IMG/VR virus record: IMGVR_UViG_3300042868_007713 | DNA length: 64,000 nucleotides | Source: an uncultured virus (IMG/VR IMGVR_UViG_3300042868_007713) | Taxonomy: Duplodnaviria > Heunggongvirae > Uroviricota > Caudoviricetes | Strand: one strand, 5' to 3' | Part shown: positions 1 to 9,904 of the stretch, in pieces | Numbering within the stretch: position 1 is the stretch's first letter | How the letters are laid out: every line of letters starts with the position of its first letter | The notes under the pieces: generated by a model | Seen by the model: the letters and a program-made list of their open reading frames with translations, nothing else | What the model was told of the DNA's origin: nothing | Database searches by the model: none | Program-made: the position numbers and the translations under genes

Positions 1-86
1 GCTTGTCTGTCCCTTACAACATGCCTCACATTTAAACAAAATTAACTTCTAACCTACTGAATATCAATAAGTTAGAAGCTAAATGT

Positions 87-248
87 TTATCTTATACTAT
101 ATTTAACAGTATAAAAGAATCCTCCTTTAATATTACTAACAGTTTTAAATACAGATAAGTCTTTAAATGTTTTAGTAATATGTGCATACCATTGTTTAAA
201 TAATAGTACAGTTTGGAAGAACAATGTTTTGAATGAAAACTTTTTCAT
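87..248 (-). CDS. Small hypothetical protein (53 aa; start re-assigned to ATG at 248)
   Basis: MKKFSFK... start. The longer 87..362 track call runs through the GGAGAA repeat array and a terminator. Confidence 0.4.
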   Translation of the reverse strand: MKKFSFKTLFFQTVLLFKQWYAHITKTFKDLSVFKTVSNIKGGFFYTVKYSIR

Positions 249-287
249 AATAAATGTTTGAATTTTAAATTGTTTTGAAAATAAATA

Positions 288-335
288 TATGGAGAAATAT
301 TGGGAGAAAAATAAGGAGAATGATTGGGAGAACAA
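288..335. repeat. Four GGAGAA-core tandem units with exact 12-bp period
   Basis: GGAGAA at 291, 303, 315 and 327. TTGGGAGAA at 300 and 324. Confidence 0.8.
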
Positions 336-347
336 TTGTGAACATTT

Positions 348-384
348 AAAAAAAACACACACAACATTCCTGCTGTGTGTGTTT
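348..384 (-). terminator. Rho-independent terminator for the 397..693 gene
   Basis: AAACACACACA (353-363) pairs with TGTGTGTGTTT (374-384). The A-run at 348-355 gives the U-tract on the minus strand. Confidence 0.7.
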
Positions 385-396
385 ATGCTAAAGGTA

Positions 397-693
397 TTAA
401 CCTTTAAGCAATGCTAATATTTCATTAGCATCAGTAACAGTTGTACCTGTACTAATTTCAAAGAAAGGTCTTTCATTACCTTCAGCATCAGTAACAATTG
501 TTGGCATACAATTAATACTTTGGCCTACACTAATAGCACTTTTATTTTCTCCTAAAGTACGTTGTGCAAAGAAGGTCTTCCCTGCAAATTTACCTTCTGT
601 AAATTCAACAGTACAAACAAGAAATTGTTTGCCATTAGACTTTGTTTTAATTTCTTCTGAAATTGATTTAATTACTGCTTTAATTGGGTTCAT
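397..693 (-). CDS. Hypothetical protein, possibly OB-fold / ssDNA-binding-like
   Basis: 98 aa beta-rich pattern (KSNGKQFLVCTVEF...VGQ...PFFEI), A-rich leader, followed by a terminator. The fold is a guess. Confidence 0.6.
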   Translation of the reverse strand: MNPIKAVIKSISEEIKTKSNGKQFLVCTVEFTEGKFAGKTFFAQRTLGENKSAISVGQSINCMPTIVTDAEGNERPFFEISTGTTVTDANEILALLKG

Positions 694-736
694 AATAAAA
701 TTTTTTTTAAGTTATAAATAAAATATAAGGGCCCAT

Positions 737-761
737 CCCCTACATCAAAACAGAGTAGGGG
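737..761. other. GC-rich hairpin in the divergent intergenic region
   Basis: CCCCTAC (737-743) pairs with GTAGGGG (755-761), 11-nt loop. Confidence 0.6.
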
Positions 762-1031
762 TTCTTTTAGTAAATGGTCATTAAACCCTCAAACACATTA
801 AATTTTTTCAGCCGTAAAATTTTTATGAAAAAAATTATATCTACATGTAAGTATGTAGGGGTTATTACCACTGGATAAGTTAGGGGGATATTGTAATTGC
901 AGAAAAAAAATAAATTACAAACAAAAAGAAAAAGTGGAGTAAAAAGAAAAAATATAATCCTAAATTCAATGTTTGTAATACATTAAAGAATTTAAGGATA
1001 ATTTTTTAATTTAATAGTTATATAAATGTTA

Positions 1032-1063
1032 TTTGGATTTTGTAAAAAACCAGTGTATATTAT
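1032..1063 (+). promoter_or_regulatory. Candidate phage promoter TTTG-N20-TATATTAT
   Basis: TTTG 1032-1035 and TATATTAT 1056-1063. The same spacing recurs at 16752, 18491 and 23839. Confidence 0.55.
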
Positions 1064-1155
1064 ATATATGAAGGAAATAATAATATGCATTGGTTGTTGT
1101 CCTGATTGTGAAGGACATGTTTGTTTGTGTTAAATTATAGTTAATGTAAAATAAA

Positions 1156-1187
1156 TTTGTTAGGTTTAAACTTAATAGATATATTTG
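1156..1187 (+). promoter_or_regulatory. Bacteroidota primary-sigma promoter (-33 TTTG / -7 TAnnTTTG)
   Basis: TTTG 1156-1159, 20-nt spacer, TATATTTG 1180-1187, ending 19 nt before the ATG at 1207. Confidence 0.75.
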
Positions 1188-1206
1188 CATTATAAAATAA
1201 TTTAAC

Positions 1207-1575
1207 ATGAACACAGAAACAACACAAACACAAGAAACAAATGAAACTTTTGATAAAGCAAAAGTAATTACTTGGATGAATGAACAAATTGAATTTAAAG
1301 AAGTTCAATTAAAGTTACAGGAATTAGATACTAAGATTGCTGTTTCAAAAGCAGAATACATGAAAGCAATGTACACTGTTGCACAAATATCTAACCCACA
1401 GCAGAATAGTCCATCCCCTGAATTAACAGAACATACTCTTACAGAAGAAGATTTACAAGCAAACCCAGATCTTGTTGAACAAGGTTTTAAAGCTGGTGAT
1501 GTAGTAGGTGTTCCTAAAGAAGCTGTTATGCAAGAGGAAGAAGCTCCTGCTAAAAAAAGAACATTAAAAAAATAA
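1207..1575 (+). CDS. Hypothetical coiled-coil protein
   Basis: 122 aa ORF directly after the promoter. Helical N-half, acidic/basic tail. Confidence 0.8.
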   Translation: MNTETTQTQETNETFDKAKVITWMNEQIEFKEVQLKLQELDTKIAVSKAEYMKAMYTVAQISNPQQNSPSPELTEHTLTEEDLQANPDLVEQGFKAGDVVGVPKEAVMQEEEAPAKKRTLKK

Positions 1576-1584
1576 TATTGTAAA

Positions 1585-1956
1585 ATGGCACAAGTAAACC
1601 AAATAAAAAAGAAAGGTGTCATGTCTAGAAATGAAATTATTAAATTTCAAATTTTTACATATTGTTTTTTAAATAATATAGTGCTATCAGAAGCAGATGC
1701 TGAATGTATGTTATTATTAGTTACAAGCAATTACACCGAATTACATGTATTTTGTAAAAAAGCATGTGAGTTAAAAATATTTAAAACAGCACAAAGTGTA
1801 AGAAATTCTTTAAATAAGCTTGAAAAGAAAAACATCTTAATAAAGGAAGGAAAGAATAAAAAGAAAATTTTTATCAATCCTAGTTTAGAATTAATTACAG
1901 AAGGAAACATATTATTAAACTATAATTTTTTATCAGTTGAACCCAATCAAATCTAA
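1585..1956 (+). CDS. Winged helix-turn-helix DNA-binding protein
   Basis: FKTAQSVRNSLNKLEKKNILIK recognition-helix pattern followed by a wing (KKIFINP). Confidence 0.6.
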   Translation: MAQVNQIKKKGVMSRNEIIKFQIFTYCFLNNIVLSEADAECMLLLVTSNYTELHVFCKKACELKIFKTAQSVRNSLNKLEKKNILIKEGKNKKKIFINPSLELITEGNILLNYNFLSVEPNQI

Positions 1957-2320
1957 AGATTTAATAGCATCTGTAGCAAATGAAACCAACTTGTCTACAG
2001 ATGTTGTTAATGAAATAATTAAAACATATTGGAAAGACGTAAGAACTTCCTTATCAGAACTAAAATATCCTTATGTGCATATAGCTAACTTTGGAACATT
2101 TAAGATAAAATATTGGCTAATTGATAAAGAAATTGAAAAATTTACTAATATATTAGCTAAAATGAAATCCTCTGATATATCTGTACGGAAGCAATATATT
2201 ATTAATACAGCTGAAGATAAATTAAGATTGCTAGAAAACCTACAAAAAGAATATGTTTCAGAAATGCAAAGAAAAAACTTTATAAAACTACATAAAAAAA
2301 ATGTTAAGACAAATATTTAA
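1937..2320 (+). CDS. IHF/HU-like DNA-binding protein
   Basis: KDLIASVANETNLS..VVNEII...VHIANFGTFKIK resembles the HU/IHF core. Such genes are typical of crAss-like phages. Confidence 0.7.
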   Translation: MNPIKSKDLIASVANETNLSTDVVNEIIKTYWKDVRTSLSELKYPYVHIANFGTFKIKYWLIDKEIEKFTNILAKMKSSDISVRKQYIINTAEDKLRLLENLQKEYVSEMQRKNFIKLHKKNVKTNI

Positions 2321-2615
2321 AAATAGAAAACAAATACTAGAAGGTATTAAAAACAATATGTTTAAAAAAGAACATGTTGAAGTGATTGCTAATGGTAGAA
2401 TGAATGTATGTAAATCATGCAGTAATTACACTACTGATGATGCAGGTTGTCTTGTAATAGGAACAGGCCCATGTTGTAATCAAAACACTGGGGGTTGTGG
2501 TTGCAGCTTAGCATTAAAAACAAGAGCATTAAGTTCAGGATGTCCTCTTCCTATTCCTAAATGGAAAGCTATATTAACTGATAAAGAAGAAGATATATTA
2601 AACCAACAATTATAA
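2301..2615 (+). CDS. Cys-rich putative Zn-binding protein
   Basis: RMNVCKSC...C...CC...CGCSL..KTR....CP...W pattern. Confidence 0.7.
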   Translation: MLRQIFKNRKQILEGIKNNMFKKEHVEVIANGRMNVCKSCSNYTTDDAGCLVIGTGPCCNQNTGGCGCSLALKTRALSSGCPLPIPKWKAILTDKEEDILNQQL

Positions 2616-2617
2616 TT

Positions 2618-2875
2618 ATGAGAACATTTTATGATTTTAGAAATAAGTGTTATGATGATCCAAAAAAATATCCTTTGCAAGGATATGTATTAATTAAAAC
2701 AAAAATGTTTTGGTTATGTTGGATTTATAAAGATAAAAGTTATTTAGATTCAAAACAAACAATAAGAGGATTTATTGTTGCACCCAAAACTATATATTTG
2801 TATAACGTATATATAGCAAAATCTTTTTGGGATGCCATTAAATACTTATTAAAAAATAAAAACAACTATAATTAA
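2618..2875 (+). CDS. Hypothetical protein
   Basis: 85 aa ORF tightly packed between its neighbours (2-nt gaps). Confidence 0.55.
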   Translation: MRTFYDFRNKCYDDPKKYPLQGYVLIKTKMFWLCWIYKDKSYLDSKQTIRGFIVAPKTIYLYNVYIAKSFWDAIKYLLKNKNNYN

Positions 2876-2877
2876 TC

Positions 2878-3708
2878 ATGGATGTATTAAAATTTAAACC
2901 AGAAACCCATGAGTACATCTCATTAGATGGGTCTAATATAGAATGGAAATCTGTAACAACTGTTATTTCAAAATTTAAAAAACCTTTTGATTCAAAGGCT
3001 ACAGCTTTAAAAGTAAGTAGATCTAAAAAATCAAAATGGTATGGAATGAAACCAGAGGAAATAGAAGATGCTTGGAAAGCTGAATCTAAAAGAGCAACTG
3101 ATTTAGGCACATACTACCATAATCAACGTGAAGCAGATTTATGTGGACTACAACATATTGGTAGAGAAGGTATTAATGTACCAATTTATATACCAAATGT
3201 AAACATTGATGGTACTAAAATTGCACCAAGTCAAAAGCTAACAGAAGGTATTTATCCTGAACATATGATGTATTTAAAATCTGTTGGTATATGTGGTCAA
3301 TCTGACTTAGTAGAAGTGGTAAATAAAAAGGTTAAAATAATTGATTATAAAACCAATAAAGAAATAAAAAAAGAATCATTTGTAGATTATAATGGTAGAA
3401 GTCAAAAGATGGCAGCACCACTTAGTCATTTAGATGATTGTAATTTTAACCATTATGCTTTACAATTAAGTATATACATGTACATGATATTAAAGCATAA
3501 TCCATTATACAAAGCAGATGAAATGAGTTTACATCATATTGTATTTGAGAAAGTTGGTGAAGATAAACATGGTAATCCTATAACAGCAATAGATGATCAA
3601 GGTAATCCTATTGTAAAAGAAATAGTACAATATGCTGTGCCTTATATGAAACAAGAAGTTATAACAATTATAAATTATTTAAAAGATAAAAAAAATGGAA
3701 AAGCATAA
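2878..3708 (+). CDS. PD-(D/E)XK superfamily exonuclease (Cas4/RecB-like)
   Basis: SVTT, GT..H, E...., GQSDLV, IIDYKT and Y.LQLS.Y motifs. Confidence 0.85.
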   Translation: MDVLKFKPETHEYISLDGSNIEWKSVTTVISKFKKPFDSKATALKVSRSKKSKWYGMKPEEIEDAWKAESKRATDLGTYYHNQREADLCGLQHIGREGINVPIYIPNVNIDGTKIAPSQKLTEGIYPEHMMYLKSVGICGQSDLVEVVNKKVKIIDYKTNKEIKKESFVDYNGRSQKMAAPLSHLDDCNFNHYALQLSIYMYMILKHNPLYKADEMSLHHIVFEKVGEDKHGNPITAIDDQGNPIVKEIVQYAVPYMKQEVITIINYLKDKKNGKA

Positions 3709-3934
3709 TGTAACCCCCATCATTAAAGAAAAAAATCAGTGGTCAATAAAGAATGATGAAACTATGTCTATAAAAAATGTAACAAATAAATATTTAAATA
3801 ACCATGTTACAGATGGTGTAGATGATTTATATGTTACAAACATTAAATTTACTCCTATTCATTTAATACCGGGGGATTATTTAATAGAATTAATTAATGA
3901 TGAAGATGATGTTACAAGCTTTTTAAATATATAA
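3695..3934 (+). CDS. Hypothetical protein
   Basis: 79 aa ORF overlapping the upstream stop, in operon order. Confidence 0.55.
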   Translation: MEKHNVTPIIKEKNQWSIKNDETMSIKNVTNKYLNNHVTDGVDDLYVTNIKFTPIHLIPGDYLIELINDEDDVTSFLNI

Positions 3935-3936
3935 TT

Positions 3937-4449
3937 ATGGTGAAGATATTTGATATACAAAACGGAAAAGTAATACCTACAGAACATTGTTATACAATGC
4001 TTTGTTATAAGAACATTATGGATCAATATCCTGATGAATATTTAAATATATTTGCATATATATTTTATTTATCATGTCCTAACCCAGAACTTAATCCTTT
4101 TTTTGATGTACCAGAGGTAGATAAAGAAGAATTAATTAGAAGGGAAGTAGGGGGAGAATTTGAATCAGATGATGAATTAATAATTAATGCTCTAGAAATT
4201 ACACAAAAATTATATGAAACACCAACTGTAAGAGCATACATGGGCATTAAAGCTATGTTAGATAGATTGGCAAAGTATATGGAAACTACAGAAATAGAAC
4301 ATGGCAGAGATGGTAATATTACAGCATTAATTAATGCAGCTTCTAAATATGAAGCAATAAGACAATCTTTTAAAGGAACATTAAAAGATTTAGAAGAAGA
4401 ACAAAAATCTACAGTTAGAGGTGGACAACGTCTAAGTTATGATCAATAA
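3937..4449 (+). CDS. Conserved phage protein upstream of terminase (possible small-terminase position)
   Basis: 170 aa, helical, C-terminal VRGG; lies upstream of terL. Function is inferred from position. Confidence 0.6.
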   Translation: MVKIFDIQNGKVIPTEHCYTMLCYKNIMDQYPDEYLNIFAYIFYLSCPNPELNPFFDVPEVDKEELIRREVGGEFESDDELIINALEITQKLYETPTVRAYMGIKAMLDRLAKYMETTEIEHGRDGNITALINAASKYEAIRQSFKGTLKDLEEEQKSTVRGGQRLSYDQ

Positions 4450-4477
4450 TATTAATTAAAACTAAAAACAAAAAAAA

Positions 4478-4759
4478 ATGAAAAAGTTAATTGGAACAAG
4501 AGTTTTGCTTACAAAACCAGTAAAACCAGAATCAACAATTGTATTATCTCCTGATATGGAAGAAGCATTAGAAAGAGATATGATGAAAAAATGGACACAT
4601 CTAGAAGTTTATGCTATTGGATCTGATGTAACAACAGTTAATGTTGGAGATAAAGTATATGTACCATCTAGTTCTTTACAATCAGCAGATCTAATTGAAT
4701 TAGATGATTTGTCAGTAAAAATGATGGTTGCAGAAAGAGAAATTGCAATAATATGGTAA
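4478..4759 (+). CDS. groES: GroES-like co-chaperonin
   Basis: L.G.RVLL...ESTIVL (mobile loop), EVYAIG...VNVGDKV, EREIAII. Confidence 0.75.
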   Translation: MKKLIGTRVLLTKPVKPESTIVLSPDMEEALERDMMKKWTHLEVYAIGSDVTTVNVGDKVYVPSSSLQSADLIELDDLSVKMMVAEREIAIIW

Positions 4760-4941
4760 TAAATGATGAACACTTACAGCAATGGTTATTTCACTATAAC
4801 CCATACACAAATATATGGTCCGGTTTTTTACGAAAGCACCTACAAGATTATTTTAACGGAATTTACACAAACGTTTACACCAATACCAGTTTTTCAAAGT
4901 TATTAAAAGAAATTAAAAAGAATGAAAAACAGCATTTATAA
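4753..4941 (+). CDS. Small hypothetical protein
   Basis: 62 aa (WLFHYNPY..W) overlapping both neighbours. Confidence 0.55.
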   Translation: MVINDEHLQQWLFHYNPYTNIWSGFLRKHLQDYFNGIYTNVYTNTSFSKLLKEIKKNEKQHL

Positions 4942-7135
4942 TATTCCTACTTATGATAATGGTGTCTGGACTTCTACTGTTTTTAATTCAAGAGAAGAAT
5001 ATAGGGATTTTGTAATATCTATATTTAAAGAAGCAGGTCCTGATGAAGGATATTCTTTTAATGAAACAAGTTTATTGTTTAACAGTGAAGGTAGAAATTT
5101 TCAAAAAAATGGATATTATTGTAATGCTCCTTTTAGAAGTAAAGATTTTATAGCTTATTGGGATGATCAAAAAGCAAAATCTGTTTATGGGGTTATATTT
5201 AAATCAGAAGATGCTACATGGTATTTGACCAGAGATTATTATATGTGGATTAACTTTCTTCCAATATATGATAAATTAAAAAAACAGTTTACTTTCCCTG
5301 AAGTTTGGGATGGTCAATACCATATGGCATTATATGAATGTATTGCTGAATTAACTTACAAGCATTGTCCTGTATTAAAAAAACGTCAGTTTGGTTCTAG
5401 TTATTTTCATATTGCTAAAATAATTAATGCTTATTGGTTTAATGAAGGATCTGTATTAAAATTAGGTGCAAGTCTTAAAGACTACATATCTGAAAAAGGT
5501 TCTTGGAGGATGTTAAATGAATACAGAAATTTCTTAAATGAACACACTGCATGGTACAGACCTTCTGAACCTGATAAGGTATTTTCATGGCAGCAAAGAA
5601 TTAAAGTTAGAACTGGAGGTAGGGATTCTTACAAAGGAAACAAAAGTATTATTACAGGAACATCTTTTGAAAAAGATCCAAGTAATTCAGTAGGGGGTCC
5701 TTGTCATTACTTCTTTCATGAAGAAGCAGGTATTGCTCCTAAAATGATGGATACATATGAGTTTATTAGACCGGCCTTACAATCTGGTATGATAACTACA
5801 GGTACATTTATAGCTGCTGGTTCTGTAGGTGATCTTGAACAATGTTCTGCTTTAAAAGAAATGATACTACATCCTAACAAATATGGGATGTTATCTGTTA
5901 AGACAACTTTAATAGATGAAAATAAAACTATTGGTGAATCAGGATTGTTTATACCAGAACAATGGAATATGCCACCATGTATTGATAAATATGGAAATTC
6001 TTTAGTAGAAGATGCTTTAGCTGCTATTGTAGAAGAACGTAAACAGTGGAAAAAAGATTTATCCCCTGAACAGTATCAGTTACGTATTTCACAAAAACCA
6101 ACTAACATAGCAGAAGCATTTGCTACAAGAAAAGAATCTGTATTTCCTCCACATTTAATTTCTCATCAGTTAAAACGTATAGAAGAAAATCAATATTCTG
6201 TAGAATATGTTACATTAGAATATGATGCAGAAAATAAAATTGTAGTTAAAAAAACTAATAAATCCCCTATAACAAAATTTCCTGTTGATAAAACAATGGA
6301 AGATAAAACAGGGGTTGTATGTGTATATGAAAAACCTGTTCCTAATAGTCCATGGGGAACATATTATGCATCTATTGACCCTGTAGGTGAAGGTAAAACA
6401 ACTACATCAGATTCATTATGTAGTATTTATGTGTATAAAAATCCTACAGAAGTAGTAAAAGATGAAGGGAATGGTAACTTAAAAACTAATTTAGAAAGGG
6501 ATGGTATAGTTGCATCATGGTGTGGAAGGTTTGATGATTTACAAAAAACACATGAAAGACTAGAACTTATAATTGAATGGTATAATGCTTGGACTATAGT
6601 GGAGAATAATGTTAGTCTTTTTATTCAATATATGATCAGTAAAAGAAAACAAAAGTATTTAGTACCAAAAGATCAAATACCTTTCTTAAAAGAATTATCA
6701 TCTAATGCTTCTGTATTTGCAACTTATGGTTGGAAAAATACAGGTACATTGTTTAAAACCCATTTAATATCTTATGGTATACAATTTTTACAAGAAGAAA
6801 TTGATGTACAAACTGCTGAAAATGGTGATGTAATAAAAATAAACTTTGGAGTGGAAAGAATACCTGATCCAATGCTACTTGAAGAAATGAGACAGTATCA
6901 ACCAGGTTTAAATGTGGATAGGTTAGTTTCATTTTGTGCATTAGTAGCCTTTGCACAAGTACAACAAAACAACAGAGGAAGGGTTACTAGAATTGAAATT
7001 AAAAATGATAAGTTGGAAAATCCACAAAAATTAAGTAAATTATCTGTAAGAACTCCCTTTAGACATATGGGTGTAAACTCTACAGGTTTAACTTCTATAA
7101 ATGTAAAAAGAAATCTATTTAAAAATATAAAATAA
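4922..7135 (+). CDS. terL: Terminase large subunit
   Basis: Walker A KKRQFGSS, Walker B FFHEEAG, RNase H-like nuclease motifs ASIDPV / IVENN / NVDRL. Confidence 0.93.
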   Translation: MKNSIYNIPTYDNGVWTSTVFNSREEYRDFVISIFKEAGPDEGYSFNETSLLFNSEGRNFQKNGYYCNAPFRSKDFIAYWDDQKAKSVYGVIFKSEDATWYLTRDYYMWINFLPIYDKLKKQFTFPEVWDGQYHMALYECIAELTYKHCPVLKKRQFGSSYFHIAKIINAYWFNEGSVLKLGASLKDYISEKGSWRMLNEYRNFLNEHTAWYRPSEPDKVFSWQQRIKVRTGGRDSYKGNKSIITGTSFEKDPSNSVGGPCHYFFHEEAGIAPKMMDTYEFIRPALQSGMITTGTFIAAGSVGDLEQCSALKEMILHPNKYGMLSVKTTLIDENKTIGESGLFIPEQWNMPPCIDKYGNSLVEDALAAIVEERKQWKKDLSPEQYQLRISQKPTNIAEAFATRKESVFPPHLISHQLKRIEENQYSVEYVTLEYDAENKIVVKKTNKSPITKFPVDKTMEDKTGVVCVYEKPVPNSPWGTYYASIDPVGEGKTTTSDSLCSIYVYKNPTEVVKDEGNGNLKTNLERDGIVASWCGRFDDLQKTHERLELIIEWYNAWTIVENNVSLFIQYMISKRKQKYLVPKDQIPFLKELSSNASVFATYGWKNTGTLFKTHLISYGIQFLQEEIDVQTAENGDVIKINFGVERIPDPMLLEEMRQYQPGLNVDRLVSFCALVAFAQVQQNNRGRVTRIEIKNDKLENPQKLSKLSVRTPFRHMGVNSTGLTSINVKRNLFKNIK
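7012..7043 (+). promoter_or_regulatory. Candidate internal promoter for portal (GTTG-N20-TAAATTAT)
   Basis: Same spacing as the other sites, inside the terL 3' end about 90 nt before the portal ATG. Confidence 0.35.
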
Positions 7136-9882
7136 TGAATGTATATAATGCCCTTGATTTAAAAAAAGGTAAAAAGACGGAATATAACAAGATGGGTAGC
7201 TTAATGCAACCTGTACAATTTTTACCTAGTTCTGAAAAAGATGATGAATGGAGAGCATGGAATTTAGATTGGCTTGAATGGCAAGGTGTAAGACAGCTTA
7301 GACGTAATGCTGTACGTTTATTAAAAAATTATAAATTAGCTAAAGGGATAATTGATAAAAGGGATTATATTATAGATGAAGAAAATCCTAATGGAGAACT
7401 TATTGATATATTAACTAGAGAAGATAAAACTGCTTTAGAACTTAAATTCTACCCTATTATACCTAACGTAATTAATGTGTTATGTTCTGAATTTAGTAAA
7501 CGGTCATCTAAAATAATGTTTAGAACTGTTGATGAACTTTCTTATAATGAAATGTTAGAAGAAAAAAAGAACATGATAGAACAAGTTCTTATGCAAAAAG
7601 CTCAATCTAAAATGGTTGAAAAACTTATTACTATGGGAATGGATCCACAATCTGAAGAATTTCAAGCAGAAATGGCTCCACAAAAATTAAAGTCATTACC
7701 AGAAATCCAAAACTTTTTTACAAAAGATTATAGAAATGTATATGAAGATTGGGCTACTCACCAACATGCTGTAGATACAGAAAGATTCCATATTGATGAA
7801 TTAGAAGAAAGAGCTTTTAGAGATATGCTTATTACTGATAGGGAATTTTGGCATTTTAGAATGATGGATGATGATTATGAAATTGAATTATGGAACCCTG
7901 TACAAGTATTTTATCATAAATCACCTTCAGCAAGATATATATCAGAATCACATTGGGTAGGTATGATGGACTTATTAACTGTAGCTGATGTTATTGATAA
8001 GTATGGTTGGATGATGAATGAAGAACAATTAAAAGCATTGGAGGTTATATTCCCAGTAAGATCTGCTGGATATGCTATTCCAGGTATGCAAAATGATGGT
8101 TCTTATTATGATCCTACAAGAAGTCATGATTGGAATACAGAAATGCCTAGTCTTGGTTACAGACAGTTTATGAGTACATATGACAACACACGTTGGAGTG
8201 GAGATGTTGTACAAGCTATATTAAATGAATCAGAAGATTTATTAGATTGGGGTAATGCTCATTTATTAAGATGTACTACAGTATATTGGAAATCACAAAT
8301 TAGAGTGGGTCATTTAACTAAGATTACTGAATTAGGTGAATTAGTACAAGATATTGTATCTGAAGATTATAAAATTACAGATAAAGCTTTATATGATACT
8401 ACATTATATAAAGAAAAATCAAAAGACACATTAGTATTTGGAGAACATATTGATTGGATTTGGATTAATGAAACTTGGGGTGGAATTAAAGTGGGTCCAA
8501 ACAGACCTTCATTCTGGGGTATGAATAATCCTGGTGGATTTAATCCAATATACTTAGGATTAAATGGAGGTAAACCTGGTAGAATTCCTTTCCAATTTAA
8601 AGGTGATACAACATTATATGGTTGTAAACCTCCTGTAGAAGGAGCAGTATTTTCTGATAGAAATACACGTTCAGTTTCTATGGTAGATTTAATGAAACCT
8701 TTCCAAATTGGATATAATATTGTTAATAACCAAATTGCAGATATATTAGTAGATGAGTTAGGTACTGTAATTATGTTTGACCAAAATGCTTTACCTAGAC
8801 ATTCAATGGGTGAAGATTGGGGTAAAAATAATTTAGCTAATGCTTATGTAGCTATGAAGAATTTCCAAATGCTTCCATTAGATACATCTATTACAAATAC
8901 AGAAAATGCATTAAACTTCCAACATTACCAAGTATTAAACTTAGAACAATCACAACGTTTATTATCTAGGGTTAATTTAGCTAACTATTTTAAAAACCAA
9001 GCATTTGAAGTGATAGGTATTACACCTCAAAGAATGGGTCAACAAATAGGACAGCAAACTGCTACAGGTGTTGAACAATCTGTTAATGCTTCATATAATC
9101 AAACTGAAGTTTATTTTGTACAGCATTCAGATAATTTAATGCCAAGAGTTCATCAAATGAGAACTGAATTAGCACAATATTATCATTCTACAAAACCATC
9201 TGTAAGATTACAATATATAACTTCTAATGATGAAAAAGTAAACTTTCAATTAAATGGTACAGATTTACTATTAAGAGATTTAAATATATTTTGTTCTACT
9301 AAAACAAATTCTAGAGCTGTAATGGATCAGCTTAAATCATTAGCACTTAATAATAATACTACAGGTGCTTCAATATATGATTTAGGAAATATTATTAAAG
9401 CAGATTCTATTTCTGAATTAACTTCTGTTCTTAAAAAATCTGAAGAAAAAGCTAATAATATTAGACAACAACAGCAGCAACATGAACAAGAAATGCAACA
9501 ACAACAACTTGAAGCTGCACAAAAACAAGAATTAGCTAGACAACAATATGAATCTCAAGAGAAAGATAAAGATAGACAATCAAGAATAGTTGAAGCTGAA
9601 ATTAGAGCAGCTGGATTTGGTTCTACATCTGATATAAACCAAAACCAAATGTCTGATTATCAAGATGCATTATCTAGAATTCAACAACAACAAAATTATA
9701 CTGATTCAACAAATCTTAAAAGAGAACAAGAAGTAAATAAAAATAGATTTAATGAACAAAAATTAAATATTGAAAAAGAAAAGTTAGCAGCACAACAAGA
9801 TATAGCTAACAAACAATTGGAAATAGCTAGGGTTAACAAAAATAAATATGATGTTAAATCTGATAAAGAAGATAAAAAATAA
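7135..9882 (+). CDS. Portal protein (crAss-like)
   Basis: 915 aa directly after terL (TAATG coupling). YPIIPNVIN, GITPQRMGQ...TATG, long C-terminal coiled coil. Confidence 0.88.
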   Translation: MNVYNALDLKKGKKTEYNKMGSLMQPVQFLPSSEKDDEWRAWNLDWLEWQGVRQLRRNAVRLLKNYKLAKGIIDKRDYIIDEENPNGELIDILTREDKTALELKFYPIIPNVINVLCSEFSKRSSKIMFRTVDELSYNEMLEEKKNMIEQVLMQKAQSKMVEKLITMGMDPQSEEFQAEMAPQKLKSLPEIQNFFTKDYRNVYEDWATHQHAVDTERFHIDELEERAFRDMLITDREFWHFRMMDDDYEIELWNPVQVFYHKSPSARYISESHWVGMMDLLTVADVIDKYGWMMNEEQLKALEVIFPVRSAGYAIPGMQNDGSYYDPTRSHDWNTEMPSLGYRQFMSTYDNTRWSGDVVQAILNESEDLLDWGNAHLLRCTTVYWKSQIRVGHLTKITELGELVQDIVSEDYKITDKALYDTTLYKEKSKDTLVFGEHIDWIWINETWGGIKVGPNRPSFWGMNNPGGFNPIYLGLNGGKPGRIPFQFKGDTTLYGCKPPVEGAVFSDRNTRSVSMVDLMKPFQIGYNIVNNQIADILVDELGTVIMFDQNALPRHSMGEDWGKNNLANAYVAMKNFQMLPLDTSITNTENALNFQHYQVLNLEQSQRLLSRVNLANYFKNQAFEVIGITPQRMGQQIGQQTATGVEQSVNASYNQTEVYFVQHSDNLMPRVHQMRTELAQYYHSTKPSVRLQYITSNDEKVNFQLNGTDLLLRDLNIFCSTKTNSRAVMDQLKSLALNNNTTGASIYDLGNIIKADSISELTSVLKKSEEKANNIRQQQQQHEQEMQQQQLEAAQKQELARQQYESQEKDKDRQSRIVEAEIRAAGFGSTSDINQNQMSDYQDALSRIQQQQNYTDSTNLKREQEVNKNRFNEQKLNIEKEKLAAQQDIANKQLEIARVNKNKYDVKSDKEDKK

Positions 9883-9904
9883 TAAACCTTTTAAAAATAA
9901 ATAA

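Noticed and set aside
288..335. CRISPR array
   Set aside because: The 12-bp units have no spacers, and the PD-(D/E)XK nuclease has no other cas context.
2793..2800. Isolated TAnnTTTG boxes (2793, also 23535 and 51661)
   Set aside because: No properly spaced -33 TTTG, so they were not listed as promoters, although 23535 and 51661 lie just before ATGs.
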